NCBI RefSeq assembly: GCF_009834535.1
Contig: NC_045697.1
Location: 47,556,001-47,620,000, forward strand
From: Camelus ferus
Lineage: Eukaryota
Reading direction: 5' to 3'
DNA: 64,000 bases
Shown here piece by piece: positions 37,250 to 49,754 of this stretch; within the stretch, counting starts at the first letter, position 1; each line of letters starts with the position of its first letter. Made by a program: the position numbers and the translations under genes. The notes under the pieces were generated by a model, which worked only from the letters and a program-made list of their open reading frames with translations, made no database searches and was not told where the DNA came from.

Positions 37250-38543
37250 CTGCCAATAGGAATAAAATGCAAAAAACAATCTAAGGATCATGTACATGTT
37301 ACCACCAAGGGGAGACCCTAATTAAATCAAAACCACTTGGACCAGTTCACCAGATACATCCTTTCAGAAAACTGTTTTTCCTGCATTCTATACAAAGCAC
37401 AGGGTGATAACATTACTATTTGTGAGAGGCCAAACGAAGGTGATGTTAACTAGTCAAATCTCTCAGGTCCTGAAAGGCTGCCAGACTAGATCATGGAAAA
37501 AAAATATAGCACACTGGACAATATTGGCTTGGTTCTCCAGAGATTCACATACAGTGGATAACGATTTAACATTATGGCCTCAGTTTTTATGGATGATTTT
37601 AAGAAGCATTCCTATAAAGGCCATTACTGTATTTTTGGCAAAAATGGTAGTTGTGTTACTATCCATTATGTCATCCATCACCCACTAAAGAGGGGTCCAG
37701 GCAACAAATTTCTCTTAGAATTTATGTGAGAAAAGGCTGCTTTTCTAGACAAGGAAGAGGCCCCTTTGGAGCAGCAATAAGAATTTGACAATCCATCACA
37801 GTTTCTGGTTTTCCTTGGCTACTGGTGAAAATCCGAGCCCAAGAGAGTACTCAGAATTTCTCACACCCACGTTCTGATATAATAAACTCTCCTGTACTTT
37901 AAAAGATTCTCTAAATTTTCTTTTTCATAATATTTATTGCAACTGCCCTGTTTTAAGTATATTTTTCTGCTAACTGTCCTCATATTCTTTTCCAAGGTGC
38001 CCTACGTATAAATAAACGTAAATTAACTTCACTTAATTAAAATGTTTGCTCCCAATGTTCTAGTTTCAAAAGGCTCAAATGAATCTGCCTTCCCAAAGAG
38101 CCCAAAGCCTTTTTGGCAAACAGGTATTTAAGATTTTCCATTTTATTTCAGCCCAGAGGCATTGCTAGTAACTCTCAGTTTGCTCAGCGATATCATTAAC
38201 AAGAAGTTCTTCAGGGAAAAACAAAATGAACACTGAGAAAACCATTAGCACATCTTGGAGAATGGAAAAAGGAGGAAATAAGAGTTGGGTTTTGTGTTAA
38301 TGTACGGCGAATTCCTCTCAAGGATAGCCAGAAAAATCAAGACCTTTTGGATGTCTTCACAAATATTCCAATGTGATTTTTTTTTTCAGATTATCCCTTA
38401 GTAATGAAAAAAAAAAAAAAGGCATGTAATGCATACATAACCATATGGGATACACTAGAGGAAAAGTTGCCCCGGAAAGTGACTTCAATCTACATCCTCG
38501 CGATGGGAAAGTCTCTCAAGAATGAGGGTGACGCCAACGATAC

Positions 38544-38684
38544 CTTTGCAGACCCCGCGGTTGGGGTAGAAGCCCTCTCCGCAGCTGGGCAGGCAGTGGC
38601 CTTGACGCAGAGCCTGGGGGGCGCTGCAGGCAGTACACTGAGAGGCGGCAGGGCCGGAGCAGCTGGCACACGAGTGGTGACACG
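38544..38684 (-). CDS. FRAS1: FRAS1 internal coding exon (~exon 17), furin-like repeat
   Basis: Acceptor ctcttcctcag|CG, donor G|gtatcg; 141 bp. Encodes CHHSCASCSGPAASQCTACSAPQALRQGHCLPSCGEGFYPNRGVCK. Confidence 0.96.
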
Positions 38685-38889
38685 CTGAGGAAGAGAGTGC
38701 GGGGGACACGTGGGACTGAGGTGACTAAGAAGCCTATGTCTTGGCTGGGCTCCTTATGTGCCACTCTCACTCAGTTCTCTCACTCAGTTCGCTAGCTGTC
38801 ACACCAAATCAAGGGAAAAGACACGTTCAGAGATCGTAATATCACCAGAACCACCCACATTGCTCCTTTACCCATCTGTCACCCATGTG

Positions 38890-39110
38890 CTAGCTATGAT
38901 TTATTAGCATTTGAACTAAGTGTTATACACATATTGCACTTCTTAATCTTCATAGCAACGTTATGAGGTAGGTACTGTGAACCCCATTTTGCAGATGAGA
39001 AAACTGAAGTCATAGAAAGTTAAAAAAAATTGACTCAGGATCACAGAGTTCATTTGTAGCAGAGCTGAGATTTAGCCCTAGGCTTGCCTGAACCTAAAAC
39101 TGCCCATGTG
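38890..39110 (-). mobile_element. MIR SINE
   Basis: cttaatcttcatagcaac...ccccattttgcagatgagaaaactgaag...gatcacagag...gcagagctgagattt. Confidence 0.8.
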
Positions 39111-40287
39111 AATAGGGAAGAGTGGAAAGTTCATTGATCTGGGTGTTGGGAGCGCTGGCATTTTTGACTGGTTTGTCTGTTAACTTATGCCCTTAGCCAA
39201 GTCTGAGTCTCTCCAGGCCTAGTTTCTTTGGCATATGCACAGTGAGAGGCTGGACCAAATGGTCATCTCAAATACTTACAGCTGGACATTCTAGGATCCT
39301 AAGTAAGAATTATATGAAAGAATCTGAGCACTACATGTGATGATGTCAGCATGCATCTCCACTGCTTTGGTTCTGGCGGTAGCGGTGGGACACCTCTGAC
39401 TCTACGAGACAGATGGTACCATGCCATCCTAACAGACAGCAGTGAGATACTGAAAGAAGGCTCAGAGGACAAGGGTCAGGAGCTGGGAGAGGGGAGTGTG
39501 GAGACAGGATGAGCCTGTTGGGGGCAGGATATCGAGGAAAAGGGATACACAAACACTGGATGAGTAAAGAGGTTGGCAAATAAACAGGAGGTTGAAAAGA
39601 CAAGGTTGTGAGACCAATCTAAATGCCCTGCCACTGACAGACACTACAGGTGGAAGTAAGAATATGTGGGTTTGTTTTGGAGAAGAGGGGCAATCAAAAT
39701 ATCGTAGGCAGCAATAAGTTACCACCTCAAATGGGAATGTCTCCTAGTTTAAGTTGTGTAAGTCTGAAAGAAACACTATGGATAGCACATAAAACCAAAT
39801 TTTCAATAGATACAGACTTTAGCTTTACAAGCTATCAAATCTGGTTTACTTATTTTATTTTTATGGTGTGATGTAGTTGCCAATATATGTGTTTATAAAT
39901 GCCATCTAAGGAATGATTGTCATACCTACAACATAAGTTAGTGATGGTTTACAAGTACACAAGGACTGTACAAAGATACTGAAGGTGTTCTTGGCATTTC
40001 AAAAAGACCCAATGATCTCTAATGATGATTGATATGTATAAGTCCTGTATTTAACTGCTCTAGTCCTCCAGCATCCACCATATTTCCTGCTCCCATACCA
40101 GATCCACATAGGTTCTATAAGGAAAAGCGACTCCTTTTAATTTGACAATTTCCCATCATATAAACAAATTTCCAAATGAGCAGCATACAGCAGCAAGCAT
40201 AACCAAACGTGTTACATACTTTTTGATGATGAAGATGGTGATGATGATGATGATGATATAACCATTTAACAATTACCCATGTCATAC

Positions 40288-40428
40288 CTTTGCATCTGCC
40301 CGTGGCATCAGCGTAGTAGCCATCAGGGCATTCAGAAATGCATTTCCCATCATTCAACACCGTCTTCTCAGCACAGGTGAGACATCTGGGACTACTGGGG
40401 CCACAACTCTTACAGGATTGATCACAAG
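40288..40428 (-). CDS. FRAS1: FRAS1 internal coding exon (~exon 16), furin-like repeat
   Basis: Acceptor ccccttttag|CT, donor G|gtatga; 141 bp. Encodes CDQSCKSCGPSSPRCLTCAEKTVLNDGKCISECPDGYYADATGRCK. Confidence 0.96.
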
Positions 40429-40713
40429 CTAAAAGGGGAGGAAAACTCATCAGAGAAAATCAATAGTGAGCAAAGGGAGCAGAGAAAGTCTATTCTTTAC
40501 AACATCCACAGTTGATATCAACATAATAATCACATTCTCTGGCTGCTCAGCTGAGTTCTATTTCCTTGATTCCAACATTTCTGTTTTCACAGTTGAAGGA
40601 GAACCAACTAATTATTCATTGAACTAAGCATAACAAATACTGAGGCCCACCTATACAATATATTAAGTGTATCCAACTTAATATGGGACTTAAAGTCAAA
40701 ATGGTTTTGGCAG

Positions 40714-40846
40714 TAGGGTTGCCAGAGTTAGCAAATAAAAATATCAGATGCCCAGCTAAATTTGAATTTCCAGATAAATAATGAATAAATTTTTTAGTTT
40801 ATGTTTGTCCCAAATATTTCATTCTGTGTTTTACCTGACAACCTTA
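40714..40846. mobile_element. MER53-like hAT MITE (internally deleted)
   Basis: TIRs tagggttgccagagttagcaaataaaa / ttttacctgacaacctta; gatgcccagctaaatttgaatttc matches the recalled MER53 consensus. Confidence 0.8.
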
Positions 40847-40944
40847 GTTGGAGAGAGAATTCAGAAATTCAGAGTTCTACTAAACAAGGTCATGCTACAA
40901 AAATTAGGTAGAAATTGCTGAACTTCACACAACCTTCCAGGATC

Positions 40945-42140
40945 TATTCATTCACTTATTCATTCATTTAGCCCCCAAAACATTTCTTAAGCTATGTGTT
41001 AGGTCCTGTGTCAGGTGGTAGAGACACAAAAGCCAAATCAACTTGGTCTCTACTTTAAGGGACCTATTAGTCTGCCAGAGGGAGATAAACACGTGTAATA
41101 TTAGGAATACTAAACACATCACTTAGTAGGCACAAGAAACATTCCAACAAAATGTGTGTGGGGTAGGCGGTATGAAAGGTCAAGAAAGGGTTCAGAGAAG
41201 AAATGACCCTTGAGCGCTGTCTTGGAAAGTGAGTCAGAGAACGCCAGGCTGATGGGAATGTACTCCTGGCTGAAGCAGCAAGGCAAGCGCAGGCCCAGAC
41301 CCCAGGAGGATCCTGGGAACCAGCAGTTCCGTTCAGCTGAGATAGTGTGAAGGGCCAGACTATGGAAACTACACCAGACTAGTCTAGTGGAGATTCTCAT
41401 CCCGTCAAAGACACGGGGAGCCCTTACACAGTTCTAAACACCGTAGAAATGGGGTCATGTTTGCATATAAGAAAGATCACTTTGGCTTCAGTTTGGAGAC
41501 AGTTGGGAGAGGTGAGAAAGGAGAGTTGGGGGCCTGGTTGGAAGATGGTGGCAATGCTCACGGAACGCGATGATTGGGAGTTGAATCAAGGCTGTGAATG
41601 AGGTGACAGATTTGAGAGTAGTGCGGGGAAAAGTGTCTCAAATGGCTTCCAGGGCTCTGGCATGGGGATGAGTGACGCCACTCAAGGAACCCAAAAAGGA
41701 GGGTAGGTGTGGGGGATTAGGATGGGCTCACTTTGGCATACATGTGGCCCGCAAACAGCCTGAGTTATAACTCTGGGACTCAAGAAAGAGGCCCGGGGGT
41801 CATTACAGAGAGGTGGTTGCCGAGATCAGAAATGAGTCGATTTATTCAGTAAAAGGAGGAAGGATTAGAGAGAAGTAGTCAAAGATTAAGAGAACACCAA
41901 AAGTCACTGAGAGAAGAAAAAACTAGCAAAAGTGACTGAGAAGAAGTGATCCAAAGGTAGGAGAGAAAAACAGGAGTATGGTGGCTGAGAACCCAAGAGC
42001 GAAAAAAGTTCAAGAAGGAAGACATTTACAGTACAGAGAAGACAAATAAAATCTGAAGAAGGTTCACGTCCCTTAGAAATTGGGACCTGGTGACCTGTGC
42101 CACAACCATTTCAGTGGATTCATCGGACAGAATGGGAGTG
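40945..42140 (-). mobile_element. L2 LINE, decayed
   Basis: Begins with the reverse L2 terminus attcattcacttattcattcattt...catttcttaagctatgtgttagg, followed by a purine-rich L2 body (agaaagatcactttggc). Confidence 0.7.
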
Positions 42141-43133
42141 AAGGCCATGATTATAAACTGTTTCTTTACAACGATATTAAACTCTTACTCATTCTTAGTG
42201 GGAAAGTGGTCTTTCTATTTTCATATATTCTTTACATAAATATGTCCTTTACTCATATACATATATATCCTTTTGTTTTTATATAAATGTTAGCATATTA
42301 CGTGGTTTATTTCCCTTTTTAAAACTGTGTGATAGTTCTTGGATTTGTATCAATACATAGAAATAAATCCATCTCCTTCTTCTTTAACTGTTAAATAATA
42401 AACAAACAAACAAACAAAATAAACAAACTGTTCCTTTAAAGGCGCTTGGCTGTGAACAGAAGGGCACAGGTAGGAAATAATTAAAAGGGTAACAAGATAT
42501 TTTGTCTCTCCAATACTGTAAAAGCCCAAGGCCAATACAGACCCTGGCAAAGGTTTTTAACAAGAGAAGAGTCTGAATAATCGTTGAAAGCATATCTAGG
42601 AGAAAAAGGGGAATTACATTCAAAAGCACAGATGGGGAGATTAGCCTTGAACAGAACAGAGGAAAGCTGCCTTTCCCGAGAGTGGAAGCGAGGGGAGGGG
42701 GAATGCAGCTGCGGGTAAGCCTATGACTCAGTTGACTCCGTACTCCTTGGTTAAATTCTTTAAAAACAAGCAAAGCAAATCTCTTCTCACGACCAGAGAC
42801 TCAATGTTTGAGGTATAGAGAACTGTGAAGACTTATTCTGTCTGTTCTTTTAATCTACCAACAGTATTCTAACCTCCTGAAAAGTATTTTAAGAACTTGA
42901 GAAAAAAGATGGCAAGTGATGAGGCCAAATGTTCCATCCCGAATCCTGGAGGATCTGGCACCTCTAGAAGCAGACATGTAAGGCAAATTCATCTTCAGTA
43001 AATGGATAAAGGCCCTGGCCTTCATATCAGTGAAGAAGAAAATCAGCCTCTCAACTCATAACTGGAACAAAGAAGCAAAAATGAATCTAAAAAGCACTCT
43101 CCCCTCCCACCCTCCAAAACTTCTGAAGTTTCT

Positions 43134-46100
43134 TTTTTTTTTTTTTTAACATTTTTTATTGATTTATAATCATTTTACAATGTTGTGTCAAATTCCAGTG
43201 TTCAGCACAATTTTTCAGTTATTCATGGACATATACACACTCATTGTCACATTTTTTTCTCTGTGAGTTATCATAACATTTTGTGTATATTTCCCTGTGC
43301 TATACAGTGTAGTCTATTCTACAATTTTGAAATCCCAGTCTATCCCTTCCCACCCTCCACTCCCCTGGTAACCACAAGTCTGTATTCTCTGTCTGTGAGT
43401 CTATTTCTGTCCTTTATTTATGCTTTGTTTTTGTTTGTTTGTTTGCTTTTGTTTTTGTTTTTTAGATTCCACATATGAGCGATCTCATATGGTATTTTTC
43501 TTTCTCTTTCTGGCTTACTTCACTTAGAATGACATTCTCCAGGAGCATCCATGTTGCTGCAAATGGCACTATGTTGTCGGTTTTTATGGCTGAGTAGTAT
43601 TCCATTGTATAAATATACCACTTCTTCTTTATCCAGTCACCTGTTGATGGACATTGAGGCTGTTTCCATGTGTTGGCTATTGTAAATAGTGCTGCTATGA
43701 ACATTGGGGTGCAGGTGTCATCCTGAAGTAGATTTCCTTCTGGATACAAGCCCAGGAGTGGGATTCCTGGGTCATATGGTAAGTCTATTCCTAGTCTTTT
43801 GAGGAATCTCCACACTGTTTTCCATAGTGGCTGCACCAAACTGCATTCCCACCAGCAGTGTAGGAGGGTTCCCCTTTCTCCACAGCCTCTCCAGCATTTG
43901 TCATTTGTGGATTTTTGAATGACGGCCATTCTGACTGGTGTGAGGTGATACCTCATTGTAGTTTTGATTTGCATTTCTCTGATAATTAGTGATATTGAGC
44001 ATTTTTTCACGTGCTTTTTGATCATTTGTATGTCTTCCTTGGAGAATTGCTTGTTTAGGTCTTCTGCCCATTTTTGGATTGGGTTGTTTATTTTTTTCTT
44101 ATTGAGTCGTATGAGCTGCTTATATATTCTGGAGATCAAGCCTTTGTCGGTTTCACTTGCAAAAATTTTCTCCCATTCCGTAGGTTTTCTTCTTGTTTTA
44201 TTTCTGGTTTCCTTTGCTGTGCAGAAGCTTGTAAGTTTCATTAGGTCCCATTTGTTTATTCTTGCTTTTATTTCTTCTAGGAGAAAATTTTTAAAATGTA
44301 TGTCAGATAATGTTTTGCCTATGTTTTCCTCTAGGAGGTTTATTGTATCTTGTCTTATGTTTAAGTCTTTAATCCATTTTGAGTTGATTTTTGTATATGG
44401 TGTAAGGGAGTGTTCTAGCTTCATTGTTTTACATGCTGCTGTCCAGTTTTCCCAACACCATTTGCTGAAGAGACTGTCTTTATTCCAATGTATATTCTTG
44501 CCTCCTTTGTCAAAGATGAGTTGACCAAAAGTTTGTGGGTTCATTTCTGGGCTCTCTACTCTGTTCCATTGGTCTATATCTCTGTTTTGGTACCAATACC
44601 ATGCTGTCTTGATGACTGTAGCTCTATAATATTGTCTGAAGTCTGGGAGAGTTATTCCTCCAGCCTCTTTCTTTCTCTTCAGTAATGCTTTGGGAATTCT
44701 AGGTCTTTGATGGTTCCATATGAATTTTATTATGATTTGTTCTAGTTCTGTGAAATATGTCCTGGGTAATTGGATAGGGATTGCATTAAATCTGTAGATT
44801 GCCTTGGGCAGTGTGACCATTTTAACAATATTGATTCTTCCAATCCAAGAGCATGGAATATCTTTCCATTTTTTAAAGTCTTCTTTAATTTCCTTCATCA
44901 ATGGTTTATAGTTTTCTGTGTATAATTCTTTCACCTCCTTGGTTAGATTTATTCCCAGATATTTTATTACTTTGGGTGCTATTTTAAAGGGGATTGTTTC
45001 TTTACTTTCTTCTTCTGTTGATTTATCATTAGTGTAAAGAAATGCAACTGATTTTTGAACGTTAATTTTGTAACCTGCTACCTTGCTGAATTCTTCAATC
45101 AGCTCTAGTAGCTTTTGTGTGGACCTTTTAGGGTTTTCTATATATAGTAACATGTCATCAGCATATAATGACACTTTTACCTCTTCTTTTCCAATTTGGA
45201 TCCCTTTTATTTCTTTCTCTTGCCTGACTGCTGTGGCTAGGACTTCCAGGACTATGTTGAATAGGAGCGGTGATAGTGGGCATCCTTGTCTTGTCCTAGA
45301 TTTTAGTGGGAAGCTTTTGACTTTTTCACCGTTGAGTACTATGCTGGCTGTAGGTTTGTCATATATAGCTTTTATTATGTTGAGATATGTTCCCTCTACA
45401 CTTGCTTTGGTGACAGTTTTTATCATAAATGGGTGTTGAATTTTATCAAAAGCTTTTTCTGCATCGATTGAGATGATCATGTGGTTTTTGTCCTTTCTCT
45501 TGTTGATGTGATGTATTACACTGATTGATTTGCGTATGTTGAACCAGCCTTGTGTCCCTGGGATGAACCCCACTTGGTCATGATGTATAATCTTTTTTAT
45601 GCGTTGTTGGATTCTATTTGCTAATATTTTGGTGAGGATTTTGGCGTCTATGTTCATCAGTGATATTGGCCTATAATTCTCTTTTTTTGTAGTGTCTTTG
45701 CCTGGTTTTGGTATCAGGGTGATGGTGGCTTCATAGAATGAGTTTGGGAGTATTCCCTCCTTTTCAATCGTCTGGAAGAGTTTGAGAAGGACTGGTATGA
45801 GTTCTTCTTTGTATGTTTGGTAGAATTCCCCGGTGAAGCCGTCCGGTCCTGGACTTTTATTTGTAGGGAGGTTTTTAATTGCTATTTCTATTTCCTTTCT
45901 AGTGATCGGATTGTTCAAGTGTTCAGATTTTTCTTGATTCAGTTTTGGTGGACAGTATGTTTCCAGAAACTTGTCCATCTCCTCTAGGTTATCCAGTTTG
46001 GTTCCATATAGTTTTTCATAATATTCTCGTATGATATTCTGTATTTCTATTTTGTTTGTTGTAATTTCTCCATTTTCCTTTCTTATTTCGCTAATTTGTG

Positions 46101-47507
46101 CTCTCTCTTTTTTCTTCTTTGTGAGTTTGGCCAGAGGTTTGTCGATTTTATTTACTTTTTCAAAAAACCAGCTTTTGGTTTGGTTGATTCTTTCTATGGT
46201 CTTGTTAATCTCTATTGTATTTAATTCCTCTCTGATCTTTATTATTTCCTTCCTTCTGCTGCTTTTTGGGGCTTTTTGTTCTTCTTTTTCTAATTCATTC
46301 AGGTGGTGGGTTAAATTGTTTCTTTGAGATTGTTCTTCTTTTTTGAGGAAGGCCTGTATCGCTATAAACTTCCCTCTTAGCACTGCCTTTGCTGTGTCCC
46401 ATAGGTTTTGAGTGGTTGTGCTTTCATTATCATTTGTCTCAAGGTATTTTTTAATTTCAGCTTTGATTTCCTCATTGATCCATTGTTTTTTCAATAACAT
46501 ATTGTTTAATCTCCATGCTTTCCTTTTTTTCTCCTTTGTTTCTCTGTTGTTGATTTCCAGTTTCATGGCATTGTGGTCAGTAAAGATGCTTGAGATAATT
46601 TCTGTCTTCTTAAAATTGTTGACATTTCTTTTGTGCCCAAGTACATGATCAATCCTGGAAAATGTTCCATGTGCACTTGAAAAGAATGTATATTCTATTT
46701 TTGGGGGGTGTAATGCTCTGAAAATATCCACCAAATCTAGTTTTTCTATTGTAGTATTTAATTTCTCTGTTGCCTTGTTTATTTTCTGTCTGGAAGATCT
46801 GTCTAGTGATGTTAATGCAGTGTTAAAATCTCCAACTATGATTGTATTCCCATCAATATCCCCCTTTATCTCTGTTAGTAATTCTTGTATGTACTTAGGT
46901 GCTCCTATATTGGGTGCATATATATTAACGAGTGTAATATCCTCATCTTGTATCACTCCTTTAATCATTATAAAATGTCCTTCTTTATCTTTCTTTATGG
47001 CCTTTGTTTTAAAGTCTATTTTGTCTGAAATCAGTACTGCAACACCTGCTTTTTTGGCTTTTCCATTTGCATGGAATATCCTTTTCCATCCTTTCACTCT
47101 CAATCTATATGTGTCCTTCTCCCTAAAGTGGGTCTCTTGTATGCAGCATATTGAAGGTTCTTGCTTTATTATCCAGTCTGCCACTCTGTGTCTTTTGACT
47201 GGAGCATTTAGTCCATTAACATTTACAGTAATTAATGATAGATGTGTGTTTATTCCCATTTTGAACTTATCTTTGCAGTTGAATTGGTATATCCTCTTTG
47301 TTCCTTTCTTCTTCCTTTTGTGGTTTGGTAATTTTCCTTTGTATTATCATGGATTTTATTTAATTTTTGTGACTCCTTTGTAAATTTTTGGCTTGTGGTT
47401 ACCCTTTTTTGTAAATCTGTCAACCCATTACTATAACTGTTTTTATTAAACTGATAGTAACATGATCTCAAACCCATCCTACTGTTAAAAAAATTTAAAG
47501 TCTCCTA
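43134..47507 (-). mobile_element. Young 5'-truncated LINE-1 (inter-ORF spacer, full ORF2, 3'UTR, polyA), sense to FRAS1
   Basis: Identical 21-bp TSD tccaaaacttctgaagtttct at 43113-43133 and 47508-47528. Poly(T) on + to 43147, AATAAA on - at 43155-43160, TTCT/AA endonuclease-type site at the right flank. Confidence 0.97.
43462..47259 (-). CDS. LINE-1 ORF2p (APE endonuclease, reverse transcriptase, C-terminal Cys-rich domain), uninterrupted 1265 aa
   Basis: EN motifs NVNGLN, QETH, YAPN, GDFN, RIDH, TDH. RT motifs [23 protein letters not shown]-terminal [18 protein letters not shown]. Confidence 0.97.
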   Translation of the reverse strand: MGINTHLSLITVNVNGLNAPVKRHRVADWIIKQEPSICCIQETHFREKDTYRLRVKGWKRIFHANGKAKKAGVAVLISDKIDFKTKAIKKDKEGHFIMIKGVIQDEDITLVNIYAPNIGAPKYIQELLTEIKGDIDGNTIIVGDFNTALTSLDRSSRQKINKATEKLNTTIEKLDLVDIFRALHPPKIEYTFFSSAHGTFSRIDHVLGHKRNVNNFKKTEIISSIFTDHNAMKLEINNRETKEKKRKAWRLNNMLLKKQWINEEIKAEIKKYLETNDNESTTTQNLWDTAKAVLRGKFIAIQAFLKKEEQSQRNNLTHHLNELEKEEQKAPKSSRRKEIIKIREELNTIEINKTIERINQTKSWFFEKVNKIDKPLAKLTKKKKERAQISEIRKENGEITTNKIEIQNIIREYYEKLYGTKLDNLEEMDKFLETYCPPKLNQEKSEHLNNPITRKEIEIAIKNLPTNKSPGPDGFTGEFYQTYKEELIPVLLKLFQTIEKEGILPNSFYEATITLIPKPGKDTTKKENYRPISLMNIDAKILTKILANRIQQRIKKIIHHDQVGFIPGTQGWFNIRKSISVIHHINKRKDKNHMIISIDAEKAFDKIQHPFMIKTVTKASVEGTYLNIIKAIYDKPTASIVLNGEKVKSFPLKSRTRQGCPLSPLLFNIVLEVLATAVRQEKEIKGIQIGKEEVKVSLYADDMLLYIENPKRSTQKLLELIEEFSKVAGYKINVQKSVAFLYTNDKSTEEESKETIPFKIAPKVIKYLGINLTKEVKELYTENYKPLMKEIKEDFKKWKDIPCSWIGRINIVKMVTLPKAIYRFNAIPIQLPRTYFTELEQIIIKFIWNHQRPRIPKALLKRKKEAGGITLPDFRQYYRATVIKTAWYWYQNRDIDQWNRVESPEMNPQTFGQLIFDKGGKNIHWNKDSLFSKWCWENWTAACKTMKLEHSLTPYTKINSKWIKDLNIRQDTINLLEENIGKTLSDIHFKNFLLEEIKARINKWDLMKLTSFCTAKETRNKTRRKPTEWEKIFASETDKGLISRIYKQLIRLNKKKINNPIQKWAEDLNKQFSKEDIQMIKKHVKKCSISLIIREMQIKTTMRYHLTPVRMAVIQKSTNDKCWRGCGERGTLLHCWWECSLVQPLWKTVWRFLKRLGIDLPYDPGIPLLGLYPEGNLLQDDTCTPMFIAALFTIANTWKQPQCPSTGDWIKKKWYIYTMEYYSAIKTDNIVPFAATWMLLENVILSEVSQKEKEKYHMRSLICGI

Positions 47508-47594
47508 TCCAAAACTTCTGAAGTTTCTAACTCTAGAACTGACATCTCAAGGTACACCTAAAGTAATACTTGGAGTATTATTTGTAAATTTAAA

Positions 47595-48960
47595 TAAAAT
47601 TATTAGGAAGACATCATTTCTCCTCCAAACTAGCCTATAGTTCAATACAATATTAATAAAACTTCCAGTTAAATTTTATTAGGAATTCAATAAACATACT
47701 CTAAAGTTCATGAATAGTTAAGTTTGAAAATGAGGGAAAAAAAGGGAGAATCTGCCCAATTAGACACTGAGACATACTGGAAAGCAATAGAAATAAATAA
47801 AACAATACAATGTGATAGTAGTAGAAGAATAGAAATTTAGACTACTGAAATAGCTCAGAGATAGACCTACATGCATATAGAAATTTAATATACAATAAAG
47901 GTCAATGGAGAAGGTTACACTGAATTATTAGACGATTCTGTGGAAACTGGATCATGAAATGGAGAGAAGTCAAACTAGATCCCTACTTAAACCTATATAT
48001 ATATATAAGTGGACTCCAGATGGGTCAACAGTCTACATAAAAATAAAACTGAAATTAATAGAATTTCTTCTATTAATTATAGGATAATTTCTTTGTGAAA
48101 TTGAGCAGAATAGGTCTTCTTAGACAAAAATTCAAAAGCAAAATGTTAAAGTAAGAAATGATGAATTAAGAGATTTCTGTTCAGCAAAGTGTACCACAAA
48201 AGGTAACAAAATGGGAAAATATTTGCATAGTTAAGAATGACACAGTAAAGATCTATAACAGGCAAGGAACTCCATAAAATTAACAATAAAAAGGCAGCAA
48301 GGCTAATAAAACAGTGGAGAAAACATTAAAAAGCAATTTATTGAGGGGGAAACACAAAAGTCCAACAAGAATTGACGATAACCTCAAACTCATTAATAAT
48401 CAGAAAAATGCAAATTAAAATGGGATGTCCCTGTATACGTATTGAAAAAACCTGAAGCTTGATAATGCCAAATGGTGGCAAGGATGTAGGGGTGAGAGAA
48501 CCCCTACCTTTGGGAGTGAAGATGCTGGTGAGCTACCTGGCACTACTTAGTTATACAAAGCACATGCGGAGTCAAGAAGTCAACAATTCTGCTCCTGGGT
48601 TATCCATCCATCTCAGGGAACCTCCCACCCAGGTTCACCAATGGACATGTTTGAAGTGTTCACGGGTGCTCTCTAGTGATGGTGTCCGTCCCTGGGAGAG
48701 TGGATGGGTGTGGGGGACGCAGACCAGGAAGGACTATGTAGCATGAGAAGCAAAGGGCTAGACAGTCTAACAATGTGGGCAAATCTGAAAAACGCACTGG
48801 TATGTGAAAAAAGAACCACATGAAGTCTGTAACATGGTATTATTTAAGAAAGATATACATTTACATATACTCACTGAAAACAATACCCATTTTGTATGAG
48901 CCCATAAAAACAAAAAGATAAAAAAAAAATTAAAATTGTTGCATAAGTGAGGAAGGGAAA
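47595..48960 (+). mobile_element. Ancient L1M (L1ME-like) ORF2/3' remnant
   Basis: Degenerate ORF2 motifs (ctccaaactagcctatagttcaatacaat ~ PKLIYRFNAI; aaactagatccctactt ~ KLDPYL; aatcagaaaaatgcaaattaaaa ~ IREMQIK), with many stops and indels. Confidence 0.75.
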
Positions 48961-49621
48961 TTGGTGTAAAAGGAAGCAAGGAAAGAGAAAAAGGGAGAGG
49001 AGGAAGGAAGAAAGAGAGATGGGCTAACAGAAACCTCTGAACTTGCTTTGATTTATTGTGTTAGCTAGAGTCAGAAAAGCCCTGCATAATAGCACCGGTA
49101 CTTAAATGACTAAAGAATGAGGAGGTTCTGTCCTTTGAATTTCCCCACCCTTTATACCTAATATTTGTAAAACTCAAAGCCTGTCCCAGAGATAAACTTG
49201 GTTGCTGTAAATTCTTTCAGCCAGAGCATAGCACCATTTATAACAGGTTGTGCTGGATTTTTCTCAGCACTCGACTTTGAGATTTCTACAGATACGGCTG
49301 CTTGGTTATAAATTATTAAACCAACACCAGCTGGTCTTTATCTTAAACAGCACTAATCTGAATTGAAAGGAAGTCAGCATTATCAGCATCAGACGTCTTA
49401 ATTAACATTCCGATACCAATCAGTGACTTGGCTCACCCTTATTTTAGAAAATATTTCTGTGAACCTTTCTGAAGGCCTTTGATACAAACTTAGAGAACTC
49501 CAATAACCTTATGAAAACTGTACATCCCAGCCTTGTGTATCAAAACGACCACTGGCCAACGTTAATGGCGGCACAAACTCTTATATTTGCCACACACGTG
49601 GCAGGTGTTCAGTAATTACCT

Positions 49622-49754
49622 CTTTTTGTTTATTTGTTTTTTCGGGGAGGTAATTCGGTTTATGTATTTATTTTCATGGAGCTACTGGGGATTGAACCCA
49701 GGACTTCATGCATGCACACTAAGCATGTACTCTACCCTGAGGTATAGCCTCCCC
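49622..49754 (-). mobile_element. tRNA-Ala-derived SINE (camelid Vic-1 type), second copy
   Basis: gggaggtaattcggtttat...tactggggattgaacccaggacttcatgcatgc...tactctaccctgaggtatagcctccc. 12-bp TSD cagtaattacct at 49610-49621 and 49755-49766. Confidence 0.88.

Noticed and set aside
40115..40287. Poly-His extension after the FRAS1 exon in the ORF track
   Set aside because: Read-through past the GT donor into an intronic (GAT)n/(CAT)n microsatellite.
43964..47383. Several 65-202 aa plus-strand ORFs
   Set aside because: Well-known antisense open frames of L1 ORF2; no independent evidence of coding.
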